The notes beneath the pieces are model-generated. The model worked only from the letters and a program-made list of their open reading frames with translations, was not told the DNA's origin and searched no databases. This document shows positions 12,691 to 25,199 of a DNA stretch of 64,000 nucleotides, piece by piece. The translations under genes and the position numbers were made by a program. How positions within the stretch are numbered: the stretch's first letter is position 1; the number at the start of each line of letters is the position of its first letter. Source of the stretch: Octopus vulgaris (Eukaryota); the NCBI GenBank assembly GCA_951406725.2, contig OX597823.1, positions 29,016,001-29,080,000 of the forward strand, read 5' to 3'.

Positions 12691-13173
12691 AGAGACTGAT
12701 TTGAATGCGAGTATACCGATTAGACAACCGAACGGTCTGAAGACATATGGATACCAGACCTAGAATGTTCTGTGTTCATAAAGTATGTAGTATTAGATTT
12801 GAAAATAAATAATGGTTAGATTTATATCCAGACACGACAGGAACAGAATCATTATGAAGAAAATAAGTTTCAATTTAGAAATTTTCAACTAAGTTATTAT
12901 TCCCGTAAATTCTGACCACGAAAACTAAAACAGGATGTGTGCTGATGGATGGCGTTCATCTTTCAGTCTTTATCGTCTCCCTTCCATTTTCCGGCCATAT
13001 ACCCACTGACATATTGCATAAATACGTATGAGTGTGTGCTATGTCGTCTCAGAACAACAGGCATAATATTACGTAAGTGAGGACAGAGCTTTTAGTTTCC
13101 CATCTTGATTCTTGATTACATTATTGAGTTTAATGCTCCTGACGCACAGAGACTTCAGTGAGCGTCTGGTGCA

Positions 13174-13204
<31 letters not shown>

Positions 13205-14929
13205 GTATATGTATATATTTATGTGAGTGTGTTTGTGTGTCTGTGTGTGTGTGTGTTGGTATATGTATATATATTTATAATTAATTTATTACTAAAGATG
13301 TATTAAAGAATTTTTTGTTATCGTCTTTTTATTGGGTATACATATATATATGTATATGTTTATGTGTGTGTGTGTGTGTGTTGATAGATATTTCTTGTTT
13401 AACAACATATTGTCACTTTATAAAATAGATATAAATCTTGGATCAAATCAAGGATACAGACTTTTACGATCGCTTGATCTACAAGAAATAACCAAATTTC
13501 TCTCAAATCACATCGAAACATCTCAAAAGAAAACACATTAACATATTAGTTAACATAGTTTTAGTTAGCGAGATGGTCACGGTTGGAATCATAAATTGAC
13601 GTGAATCTAAGTGCCAACTACAGACATCTGCCGTCGTACGTAAAAGAATTTTCTTCTCTACAACGGAGAATTGAAACCGTATCGTAACCGCGATTTGACT
13701 GAAACTTACCTCTTGCTAATTAATATCATTCTTCACTCAATTAAACTAACATATGAATTAATAATTTTAAAGCTGAGCCAATGTAGATTGATAACTTAAT
13801 TAAATCTCACTTTGAAACTCACTCTGATGAAACCGCACCTAATGAAAATTTCGTAGTGCAGAATTCTATCAAACAGAATAAAGCAAATATGTTTATTTCC
13901 GTTTAATATTTGAAATGTTTCAGCTTCTTTTCACATTGTTAACGACACAAGTAATTGTAAATATTTGAAATCGAGGTGGAGTTAACTTGAGAAATAATTA
14001 CTCTTATCTACGTTATTGCTATGGTCGTTCGGCAATTATCTAATTGAGAAATATTTTGAATATGTTCTTCGAAATATTCCAATTTGTTGAGACTGTTATT
14101 CAAAATTGTGATTTAGAATTGGATAGTTGAATGCTTTTTTGTTTCAAAAACTACAAAGAATCTAGAAATAGAACAGGGTTATCTTTGTTACTTAATCATT
14201 ATGATTCTTAATGTGCCATCACATCCTGCAGAATTGAAATTTATGAATGCATAAACATATCTCATGATATTGTGTGTTTTAAATTCAAAATTGCCGGACA
14301 AATAACCAGTATTTAGGAGTATACGTGTATTCCTGTATATCCAAATGAAAGCTACGAAGTGGACTCTTATTATAGTCCGAGTTTCATTTGGTTGAACTCT
14401 AGAGATGGGTATGTCACAGAGTAGATAGAGAAAGCAAAACAGAAGCGGTTTTGTGCAAGAATACATATTTACATTATCTTAGCGCATTGCATTTACAACC
14501 AAAACTATCAGTTACATAAGGAAAATCCGATAACATTGTCAAAACTTCATTTTTCCACTCACGGTAATTTAAGTCAAGACTAAAACATTGAAGGACTTGG
14601 CTGTTTAAATATCTAATAGTTAATTCTTGACTTCCTCACGACGAAAAACCTTTAAATATCGAAATAAAATACTGGTCAAGATGTACATTCAGAAATACCA
14701 AATAAGGAGCTATATTTTATTTTAAATTCATATTTTAAAATTTCTTAACCTTCATCTGTCATACGTACTATGTTTTTAAGTAAACTAGAAGTTAGAACTA
14801 CTAAGTTATATTGATTAATAGTTTATATAGTTTTTTTAAGTATTTCAGAAAAGTCAATTATTGATACACAATATAGGTATTATATAAATAATATATATAT
14901 ATATATATATAAAGAATATATATATATAT

Positions 14930-15292
14930 ATGCATATATGGGTACAGGAGGTCACCAACAGTAAACAACATGAAATACGAAAACAAATGAGTTAAATACG
15001 CAAACAACGAGAGAGAAAAATGGAAAACAGGACAAGTAATACAAAGACGGACCCTTCATCAATTGTTGGCTGTCTATCCTCTTTTCGAGCATTCAACGAC
15101 AATATGAGTTTTCGAAAGCAGTTGCCCCCATAAATACCAAAATAAAATTTTTGATTTATGGAGGGGGTGTCAAAGTTGGGAACAAAAAACAGGACAGTGG
15201 AGACATAGAACGAAAATAAACATGGAGGGTCGTTAGACCAGAACGAGGGTAAAATAGCGAACGCTGGGAGGAATATTTTCTTTGAAAAGAGA
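14930..15292 (-). mobile_element. Penelope-like pLTR/3' remnant carrying a permuted hammerhead
   Basis: Terminus ATATATGGGTACAGGA is shared with about 18763 and 19241 and abuts (TA)n; HHR parts at 15051-15108. Confidence 0.6.
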
Positions 15293-15295
15293 AAA

Positions 15296-16065
15296 TGTTT
15301 AACCTTCTAGCTTACTTACACTATTTACAGCAGTGCTTGGAAGGAACGTGTGTAACGTGTGATCGTCGCATTGACCATGACAGAAAACGTTGTCATGGTG
15401 ATACTTGCACAGAGGCCTACGCAAAGTTCCAGAATGTGTATGCAGAGGAGTGTATGAGCTGTACACAAGTTGTTGAAACGTTTCCAGGATGGCCGAGAAA
15501 ATGACGATCGTGATAAACGTTCTGGGAGATCTGCAACCAGCAGAACTGAGAAGGTCATCGCAGATGTGCGTGCAGCTGTGAGGGAAAATCAACGAATCAC
15601 CATCCGTGAGTTATCAGAGGATGTGGCAATTATTTGCGGTTCAGTTCAGTCCATTATCACTGAAGATTTGGGGATGAGATGCATGTCTGCCAAGTTTGAG
15701 ACAAAACTGCTTTCAGCTGACCAAAAAGACGGTTTCAGTTGCACACAATTTCCTTGATTGTGTCAAGAACGAAGAAAACGTTGTGAAAATTTTCGTAGGC
15801 ATCTGAGCAAGTATCGCCAAGCTTTTGTCAAAATCTGATGCAGATTCTCTGCTCAACTTTCTCTGTCATGGTCAATGCGAAGATCACACACTTCACACCT
15901 TCCTTCCAAGCACTGCTGTAAACAGCTGAAGTGCGTTAGAACATTAAAACTTAGTACGTATGCACAGCAAAGTTCAGGGTCAATCTGTACCAAATTGCTT
16001 TACTTTGCGTGTTTTAGCTTCGTTACTATACCAACAGTCCGGATACTAACTGATCAGACTTTGTA
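15296..16065 (+). mobile_element. Mariner deletion derivative with inverted left-end duplication
   Basis: N-terminal transposase (KRFQDGRE..RSGRS..RITIRELSED..LGMRCMSAKF) at 15378-15760; 15296-15385 is inverted at 15862-15950; TIR-like CCGGATACTAACTGATCAGACTTTGTA. Confidence 0.85.
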
Positions 16066-16799
16066 AAAATAACTGAAGTTAAGTCTTGCATTTAAAAGCA
16101 TATTTTTTCCTCATTTTCTCTACAACACCGTCAAATCGAAATTTGCTCGAAGAAAATGGCAAAACATCTGTGGTATTTATGAATAAATCACTTTTTCGAT
16201 TACTTTTCTCTTAGTAAAAATAAATAATACTTGAAAAAAAAAAAGAAAGCAATAAACACAAGAAAATTATTATCTCAACCTAGACTGACAGGCATTATTT
16301 TTCTCAATTATCATCGTTTTGAACTTAAAGCTCCTTTATGAAAAGCACGCCTGGTTCCGCTTGGCACGAACAGCCTGCATCTATAATATGATTTTCGCTG
16401 CCATTAGTTTATTAAAAGATTAATTAATTGAACTCATATTTTTTTACATTTCATTATTTTTTTATTTATATATTTATTAGATGATTTCTTGTAGTTTTAG
16501 TATATATGTTTGCTTTCAACATTTTAAAAATATATTGTCTGTTTGTTTGTTTTACTTGTTGCTTTTTTAAATTTCTTATTCTCCTTCTATAAGATGACTT
16601 AATCAAGTGTCATGCAAATACGAATGGTTGAATAAAGAAAATATTTATTACATTAAATTGATCAACGGTAGTTAATTAATAATTTAAAAAAATGTGATTC
16701 ATGGAAACCTACTTTCATATATTAATAAATTGGTAATTGTTTAAACACGCTTATACACTCACACAAGGACAGACTAGTTACATACGCACACATATAGTT

Positions 16800-16857
<58 letters not shown>

Positions 16858-16979
16858 GAGCATACACACACACAAGATACAAAAAGAGACATATATGTGT
16901 GCGTGTTTCAGTGTGTGACTTTGTCTATGTCTGTGTATTTATGTGTGTATGTGCGTGTACGTATATATACAAATGTATA

Positions 16980-17019
<40 letters not shown>

Positions 17020-17166
17020 CATATATATATATATGGAGAGAGACAAAGAGAGAGAGAAGGGAGAGAGACAGATAAGTAAATTTATCTACATGTTGATATA
17101 CATATATAAAAATACATACACACACACACACACACACGAGCGCACTCACACACACACACACACACA

Positions 17167-17365
17167 CGGCACGTTATATCCTTGAACATGACATATTCTT
17201 TCTCGTTGCGCCAGTCCATTCAGCGGGCAAAAATGAGTTGTACCTGTAATTCAAAAGCTCAGCCCTGTTATCTGCCGTGTCACGGAACCTTCCTGAGAAC
17301 TACGTTAAAGGTACGCGTGTGTGCAGTTATCAACCACTTGCAAGTTAATTACGCGATTAGGCTAT
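17167..17365 (+). mobile_element. SINE body fragment
   Basis: CCAGTCCATTCAGCGGGCAAAAATGAGTTGTACCTG resembles a SINE central domain; recognised by eye. Confidence 0.45.
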
Positions 17366-17487
17366 ATATATATATAGTTAATCCAAACAAGAAAACAAAA
17401 ACAAAAAAAAACAAAAAACACAACAACGCAAGGGCGTGGAACAAATAAAGTATTATTGGACGCTCAGGAAAGAAGGGAAGAAGGAGG

Positions 17488-17522
17488 GTTTGACGTTTCG
17501 AGCGGAGCTCTTCGTCGGAAAC
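17488..17522 (-). ncRNA. Minimal type I hammerhead (U4C variant)
   Basis: GTTT CCGACGA A GAGC TCC GCTC GAAA CG TC AAAC. Confidence 0.75.
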
Positions 17523-17702
17523 ATAGGAAAAGGAAAGATCCCGAGAAGGGAAGACAGTGGAAAAAAATCGCTAGTGGTACAGACGAGGTCACATACTGAA
17601 AGACGGAAGTAGTAAAAGTAGAACGAAAATAAACAAAAGGCGAAGGCAAGTGGTGTACAAACAAACAAATGTATTAGCATAGCGCTCAGGAATAGAAAAA
17701 GT

Positions 17703-17738
17703 CTTTTACGTTTCGAGCCAACGCTCTTCGACAGAAAG
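17703..17738 (-). ncRNA. Minimal type I hammerhead (A6U variant)
   Basis: CTTT CTGTCGA A GAGC GTTG GCTC GAAA CG TA AAAG. Confidence 0.65.
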
Positions 17739-17937
17739 ATACACAGAAAAAGATAAGGAGAGAAAAAAAGGAGAGAAAAAAATGTATGTAGTAGCTAACG
17801 ATCTATCATGGCGTCTATATATATATATATACATACATACATACATACATGCATACATACATACATACATTCATACATACATGCATGCATGCATGCATAT
17901 ATACATACATACATACATACATACATACATACATACA

Positions 17938-17969
<32 letters not shown>

Positions 17970-17989
17970 GCAGTGTACGAGCACCTCTT

Positions 17990-18683
17990 GCTCACGTTGT
18001 AAGTATATATCTAAATTCTGTACGACTTTCTACTTTCTTCCCTCTTGCCGTTTTCTCGCACCCTCTCTCTCACATTTCTTGGCATTGTCTTTCTTTAATA
18101 TCTCTACTTCCCTCTGTTATCTCCCTTGTATCTTCCCTCCCCCTCTCTCTCTCTCTCTCTCTAGTTCCTTCCCTAATTCTTCAATCCCTCTGCCTCCTAC
18201 CTCTCTCTGTTCCACCCACGTGATCGAACGCGGCCAAGCATGATCTTTCTTTCTTGGCTTGATCGTTGCACAGCACCTTATTTTCTGTCTCCTCACATTC
18301 AACTATGCTGTTTGCCTCAAGGCTTCCACTTCACACGCAAGCTGAACTTAACTTGTCCTTTTAGTCGAAAGACACCTGTTGTTATTCTTGTTTGTATTTG
18401 TAATCGTGTAAAATTTTCTCCGTTTTCTCGTTGTTTTTGTCCATGTTGTCACCCATAGTTGCTAGCTTTCTTCTAAAACTTTTATGCCCTTAGCTTAGAT
18501 TTTCGGGGTCTACCAATTTTAAACAATCTCAAGTGTAACAGGCTGAAACTAAATTGGTGATTGGAAGCTTCAATGATGAATAGAAAGCCACGAATGTTCC
18601 GTCCTAGTTTTCCTGTCCGTCATTGTATCGTCTATCTGTCCGTATGTTTTTACTGTCGTCTGTTACGTCCCATTTCTTGAATT

Positions 18684-18688
<5 letters not shown>
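17990..18688 (+). mobile_element. Pyrimidine-rich Penelope-like 3' remnant with degenerate permuted hammerhead
   Basis: 18465-18605 is homologous to the reverse complement of 32965-33115 and the element ends in (TA)n. Confidence 0.55.
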
Positions 18689-18721
<33 letters not shown>

Positions 18722-18737
18722 ACTAATAATAATATAT

Positions 18738-19024
18738 CTACATATATATGTATATATACATGCATATATGGGTACAAAACGTAAAAAAAAACGTGAAGAA
18801 CATGAAAAGCGAGAACATAAAACAAAAGAAAAACATGGAAAACTAACTTTTTATCGAGATACGAAAGAAACAAATACAGAAACGAGACAGGCAACATAAA
18901 GAATAATCGCTTCATCAATTGTACCCTGTTTTACCTACTCCGCGTTTTCACTTTGTTCACGTTTTTATTTTTTTACGTCCTGTACCAATATATGCATGTA
19001 TATATACATATATATGTAGGTATG
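18738..19024. repeat. Asymmetric inverted pair of pLTR-like termini
   Basis: CTACATATATATG...ATATATGGGTACA at 18738 is inverted at about 18955-19020; third copy at about 19215. Confidence 0.7.
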
Positions 19025-19040
19025 TACATATATGTATGTA

Positions 19041-19096
<56 letters not shown>

Positions 19097-19171
19097 TATT
19101 TATATATTATATGATCTAACGCCACGCATCCATTTCCATGTAAGTTTTATCTTTCTATCTATATATACATG

Positions 19172-19205
<34 letters not shown>

Positions 19206-19267
19206 TATATATACCTACATATATATGCATATATACATGCATATATGGGTACAGGACGTCAAAAAAA

Positions 19268-19463
19268 CTAAACTCGATCTCTTGTCAGGGGTTCCAGATG
19301 AACCTACTTCTCGGCAGGAAACACATGCGAGCAGCGGCGCCGAACTCCCTCGTTGACCAAGTGCCACGTTTCAGAGGGGGTTTCACGTACAAGTGTAGCA
19401 CAATTAACGGTGGTGCCCCAGCATGACCGCAGCTTTCGGGTTGAAACATTTTTAAGGATTTAA

Positions 19464-19468
<5 letters not shown>
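19268..19468 (+). mobile_element. 3' fragment of a CR1/L2-group LINE related to the 28-32 kb element
   Basis: KLDL.SGVPDEPTSRQE plus tail GGTGGTGCCCCAGCATGACCGCAGC. Confidence 0.8.
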
Positions 19469-19513
<45 letters not shown>

Positions 19514-19539
19514 TTTATTTAAAAGCAGCAGAAATTTAA

Positions 19540-19588
19540 CAAAAGCTGTTACTCGGAGTTTCATGTTCCCGTTCGTCGGACAGTTTTG
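19540..19588 (-). ncRNA. Minimal hammerhead forming most of an approximately 80-bp insert between (TA)n arrays
   Basis: CAAAACTGT CCGACGA ACG GGAA CAT GAAA CTCCGAG TA ACAGCTTTTG. Confidence 0.65.
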
Positions 19589-19630
<42 letters not shown>

Positions 19631-20004
19631 GCTCATCGCTTGTATCTTTAGTTTTAATTCTTCCATATCCGTTAGCTTGAGATACTGCAGAAAGCGAGAA
19701 GCAAACAGTGTAACAATTATATAAAACTTTTTATATTGAATGTAAAAAATTGTGTATTCTTCTTTCACTGCCTCTACAGTTTCTGGTTCATACAACTGTT
19801 TGAAACTCATAGGGGAAATTTTCATTAAGCATCTTAGAATTCGTTTCTTAAACCCTATCCATTTCTTGTCTAGAAGACTGCGAACAATTTGTCTAGACTT
19901 AGAAAATATGTGGACGTATTTTTTTCTTTCTTTTTTTTTTTTTGATGATTTCGTTTATCCCATATTAGCTCAGCTTCAACAGACCAATAATATTTTGTAG
20001 TATA

Positions 20005-20182
20005 AGTCCAGAGCATGAAGTCTTGCGGGTGGAAGAAGATCGAAGACATCAACGTCTGTGCTCCAATGCTACTTCTTTTATCGACCTGAAGGGATGAAAT
20101 GAAAAACTGACCTCGGTAAAGACGGATGAAATACCGCAAATATTTCTTCCGGCTCGTTAGCGATTCTGCTAACTTGCGGCCT
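20005..20182 (-). mobile_element. Degraded SINE family A
   Basis: TTTATCGACCTGAAGGGATGAAA...GACCTCGG...AAATACCGC. Confidence 0.65.
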
Positions 20183-21442
20183 TCAGCAGACCAAAAATAA
20201 AACTAGTTTAAATCGTGACGACATCGTCTTAATGTAGTATAACCGATGATGGTTCGTCTATTAACTGTCAAATAAATAAATGCAAAATAGATATAAAAAC
20301 TGAAAAGCGAAATGTTCCATGTTATCATATTTGACCATTGGTGATCAATGAATAAAATAACTTCGATGACACGATATTTCAGCTTGGGAATCAACTATGC
20401 AGTCGAGTGGAAAGTCACAACTGCTGCTGCTGCTGCTACTTACACTAGACCCTCGAAGTGGCTAAACCTACGGAAGTGGTAGTATTTCATTGTTGCATAT
20501 GTGAGATATCCTGACAACCATAATGAAAGATTCACTGTCTGCGATTCTAAGAAGTTTCAGTCAATAGTAATCAATGAAGACTATAACTGACTATACAGCC
20601 TTTCAACAAGGACCCCAGTTTGATAGAAGGCCAGAGAATGACGATTCCCCCTGCCTTCCAAACCCGGCTAATATCCCAATACGCTCTTTACCTATACACT
20701 TATAATTGCGCTTATACTCTTTTATGCTAGCTAACAACATACATTCACAAAATGGCTAATACATTCATCTCCTTTACTGCAGATTCCGGGTTTCAATTTA
20801 CGAAGTGGTATTAATTCAATGTCAAGGATGAACAAAATATTCGAACCAACACAACTGGACTGATTGATCATTTCGTTTAGTCGTTTGTCACTCGTGCGCT
20901 ACGCAGTCTTGCTCGTAAGACGCAGACGCTAGGAAGGGCAAGTCTTTCTTTAGTAAAACTGAGAAGCAACAAGCGTATTAGACTAACACTCTCGTTCTCA
21001 CACAATATGTCCAATGGCAAAAAAAAAAAAATGTCAACACAATTAAAAATTGTATAATTTAGGAGACAGATAATGTGGTTGAAGACATCCGCATCGTAGT
21101 ACATCTGACGTGGTGTGTCTCCGGGCCAGACGTTTGCCCAGTAACATGGCTTCTAGTCCAACATGATGGTATGTGCAACCTGCATTAGCTGCCTACTGGA
21201 CTGTTTGCTGCAGTCTTCAAAGCTGAGGAGAGGAACTTTACTTATTTCTTCCAAAGTAATTAATGATCTACAAAGAGCAATTAATTTATCATTTGTTTAC
21301 CATTACGAAATCAAAGCTGGGTACGTGATGTCTAAAATGCCCGGTCGTTTTATAGCGTATATGTGTGTGTGTAGTTGAATATCTGTGTGTATGCAAGCAT
21401 AAATATGTATGTATATATGCAAAATCACATACACACACACGC

Positions 21443-21495
<53 letters not shown>

Positions 21496-21823
21496 CACAA
21501 ACACACTCATATATGTTTATACATATATACATATATATATGAGTGTGTATGTGTGTGTGTGTGTGTGTGTGTGTCTGAATGTATAACTGCCTGTTGTTTC
21601 ATATTCTGTTAGTAAATAAATTTATTGATGGTAAAGGTTGCAGAGCTTCGCTTTGATGCACATATCATGAAGGAAGTTGGCAAGAATTTAATCATTATAT
21701 CAATATTGGAAATGGTAAGGTCAAGATAGGTTACGGCGTAACAGAATAAGACGCTGTCATTTATGGCGACTTTATACACACGTTTCAAATATATTCTATT
21801 CAGTTCTTATACACTCCACAAAT

Positions 21824-22237
21824 ACTATATTTGTGTGTGTATATGTGTGTGTGTGTGTGTTGTTAGCGAAGAGGGTTTAGATAATCCAAGCGTACAACTG
21901 TAAACTAGGGAATAAATGTAACGCCATGTTGTATTCCCTTCTTCACTTATTATATAAACAACACATACACACACATACACATACATACCTACATACATAT
22001 ATATATATATATATATATACATACATATATATGTCTGAGTATGTGTGAGTATGTATATATGTATGTATATACTACAATGTGTGTGTGTGTGTGTGTATGT
22101 GTGTTGTTAGCGAAGAGGGATTAGATAATCCAAGCGTACAACTGTAAACTGGGGAGTAAATGTAATGCCATGTTGTATTCCATTCTTCACTTATATAAAT
22201 AACACAGACATGCATATATATATATATAATATAATAT

Positions 22238-22311
<74 letters not shown>

Positions 22312-22340
22312 ATATATATCTGTGAGTGTATCTATATATG
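21824..22340 (+). repeat. Tandem duplication of about 250 bp
   Basis: TGTTGTTAGCGAAGAGGG.TTAGATAATCCAAGCGTACAACTGTAAACT at about 21857 and 22102. Confidence 0.85.
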
Positions 22341-22815
22341 TATGTGTGTATGTGTGTATGTATGTATGTATAACTCCTCTAATTATGAACCTCTAAATCT
22401 GTGTATTGACCGAATGTGAGATAATATAGCAAGCTTCAGTCACGTGTAAGAAGTAAGAGAATTAACCAAATATCGCTCAAAGAAAATACCACCAAATGTT
22501 CAGCATGCACTCGAATGCATGTACCACGGCAGTAAATGACAACATCTGGAAAAAAGAGTATATGAATAACGGTTTCGATTCCCATGTGGGTGTTTGCACT
22601 CCAAAAAAAAAAGCGGCCGTTTCAACTATATTACTATTCCCCACAATGCACACTTCTAGGTCAGTGGAGTTGTTTAGTCATCGATAAATGATTAAATAAC
22701 ACACTGCGCAGTTACATGGCTTCCAGTTGAATCTCCTTTACATGGCATATTAGGGAAAATATTTTCTTAATAAGCTAATCTAACGTAAATTTTCCGTTTC
22801 CATTATTACTATTAT

Positions 22816-23370
22816 TGAGTGAGAGAGAAGTGCATGCCATCAAAGTGACACTGGGGTAAAATATACGGAGCAAAGTATACCCATCCTGACTACCCGTCTG
22901 ATAAGGGTACACTAGGCACATGCATCACAACCATATGTGCGCGACATGGTGATCTCATATCAAGATAAACAGCACATGACCTTGCAGGTGGGGCCCAGTT
23001 AGAATTTTCATCTGCTCGAGTAACCCATCCCGCTCAAAAGGACCCCGAATAAGGGTTGTTTAAGGATGCTGAACGAAACACTCATGTTTCCAAGGGTGAA
23101 TTATTCAAACTCCAAAGAATCCCTCTCAACACATGGCTATGATGCTCCCCCACTACTTCTGCTCGTGATCAGAGATGCACATATTGTCAGCTACTACGGG
23201 ACATGCTCAACTGGTTAAGGTCAAACAACTGACAAACAAATCTGTGGTATTGAGCAGAATATTTGCTGTAGCACAGCTTTTATACCAAGACAAAACAATG
23301 TACATGATAACACTTACAATCAGTTCAGATCAGGGGCCACGAGAGGCACTGCCTGGTACTGCATCAGGGC

Positions 23371-23372
<2 letters not shown>
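22816..23372 (-). mobile_element. Structured module of about 555 bp attached to the R4/Dong-like 3' end via (TAA)n
   Basis: Close homolog at 49112-49670 in the same context. Confidence 0.8.
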
Positions 23373-23429
<57 letters not shown>

Positions 23430-23434
<5 letters not shown>

Positions 23435-23863
23435 TAGTTTTATTTTTATAGCGTGCTTTCACTTCACTACCGAGCGCAGCTCTGTGTGGCTTGGGTATGT
23501 GCTGTGATTTGTTGTGATGCTCTGATGGTTATTGTATGGAAAGTGTTCTGCGTAGGATGTGTGCAGTGCCTAGTAGTGCAATTTTCTGTATGTTATATGT
23601 GTTTGTAAGTCCTGGTGTTTTTGTTATGTATTTGTCTGAATATTTTTTTATCATGCCTAATGCACCTACTATGATAGGAATTGTTTCTGTTTTCAGGTTC
23701 CACATTCTAGTTACCTCTATTTCCAGGTCTTTGTATTTTGAGAGTTTCTCCATTTCTTTTAGAGACACGTTGTCATCTGCCGGTATTGATACATCAATTA
23801 GAAAGCATTTTTTTTCTTCATGATCTCTGACAACTATATCTGGTCTGTTGGCCTTAATTTCTC
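23430..23863 (-). mobile_element. 5'-truncated R4/Dong-like LINE in (TAA)n
   Basis: REIKANRPDIVVRD..IDVSIP..EKLSKYKDL..IIVGALG..IQKIALLGTAHILRR (RLE domain); AATAAA then (TAA)n. Confidence 0.9.
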
Positions 23864-23928
<65 letters not shown>

Positions 23929-23942
23929 TTTATCATCATCAT

Positions 23943-23978
<36 letters not shown>

Positions 23979-23984
23979 TATTAA

Positions 23985-24420
23985 GGCGGCGAACTGGCAG
24001 AAACATTAGCTCGCCAGGCGAAATGCTTAGTGGTTTTTCTTCTGTCTTTACTTTCTGAGTTCAAATTCTACCATGGTCGACTTTGCCATTCATTTTTCGG
24101 TGTCGATAAATTAAGCACCAGTTGCGTAGTGGGGTCGATCTAATCAACTGGCCCCCTCCCCCAAAATATGGGGCCCTGTGCCTAGAGTAGAAAAGAATAT
24201 TAATATAAGGCATGAGGCGGCGAGTTGGCAGGGTCGTTAGCCGGACCAAATGTTTAGCGGTATTCCGTTTGTCTTTACGTTCTGGGTTCAAATGCCGCCG
24301 GTTTCCACCATACCCTTCATGCTTTCAGAGTCAATAAAATAAGCTGCGCAGTGAAGTCGATGTACTTATCTTATTCCCTCCGAGCTTGCTGGCCTTGTGC
24401 CTAAACGTGAAAACAATATT
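23985..24420 (+). mobile_element. Two tandem SINE family A copies
   Basis: Heads GGCGGCGAACTGGCAGAA (23985) and GGCGGCGAGTTGGCAG (24216). Confidence 0.8.
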
Positions 24421-24575
24421 GGTATAATAGGTAAATGTTTGGCAACATTCGTCATGATTTTTGCATCAAAACGATTTCAAATTTGTAATATTTATCGTCA
24501 ATAAATTTATTCACTAACAGTAAGTTAGTGATAACAATACGAAGACATATAAAAGTATGTATACATACTGATGAG

Positions 24576-24958
24576 ATGCAGGAATGGCTGTGTGGTATGA
24601 AGCTTGCTTCCCAACCACATGGTTCCGAGTTCAGTCTTACAGTGTGGCACCTTGGGCAAGTGTCTTCTTTTATAGCCTCGGGCCGACCAAAGACTTGTGA
24701 GTAGATTTGTTAGACGGAAACTGAAAGAAGCCTGCCGTGTATATATATGTGTGTGTGTGTCTGTGATGGTCTCCATCATCGCTTGACAACCTATGATGGT
24801 GTGTTTACATCCCCATAACTTAGCGCTTCGGTAAAAGAGACTGATAGAATAATCAATAGGCTTACAAAGAATAAGTTCCGGGGACGATTTGTTCGACTAA
24901 AGATAGTGCTCCAGCATGGCCGCAGTCGAAATGACTGAAACTAATAAACAATAAAAGA
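24576..24958 (+). mobile_element. Full-length SINE family B
   Basis: Homologous to 10822-11222. Confidence 0.85.
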
Positions 24959-25000
<42 letters not shown>

Positions 25001-25199
25001 CAATAAGAAAATGGAGGGGATCGATAGGTGGTATTCATCAACATTTAGACATTATATTATGTCAATTTATTAATTTATTTACTAAATTGGCAATTACAAC
25101 AATATACAGACATGTTGAACATATGCTTTACATATATAACATAATAAAGATACCAGCAATTATTAAAATAAACTATACAGGAACAGAAATTGGGAAAAT

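Larger units (their letters stand above)
17376..17815 (-). mobile_element. Penelope-like/retrozyme remnant with two tandem hammerheads
   Basis: HHRs at 17488-17522 and 17703-17738, each followed by TCCTGAGCG; homologs at 53245 and 53870; flanked by (TA)n. Confidence 0.75.

Noticed and set aside
13818-13862. CTGATGA...GAAA hammerhead candidate
   Set aside because: No stem II pairing and no coherent stem III/cleavage triplet.
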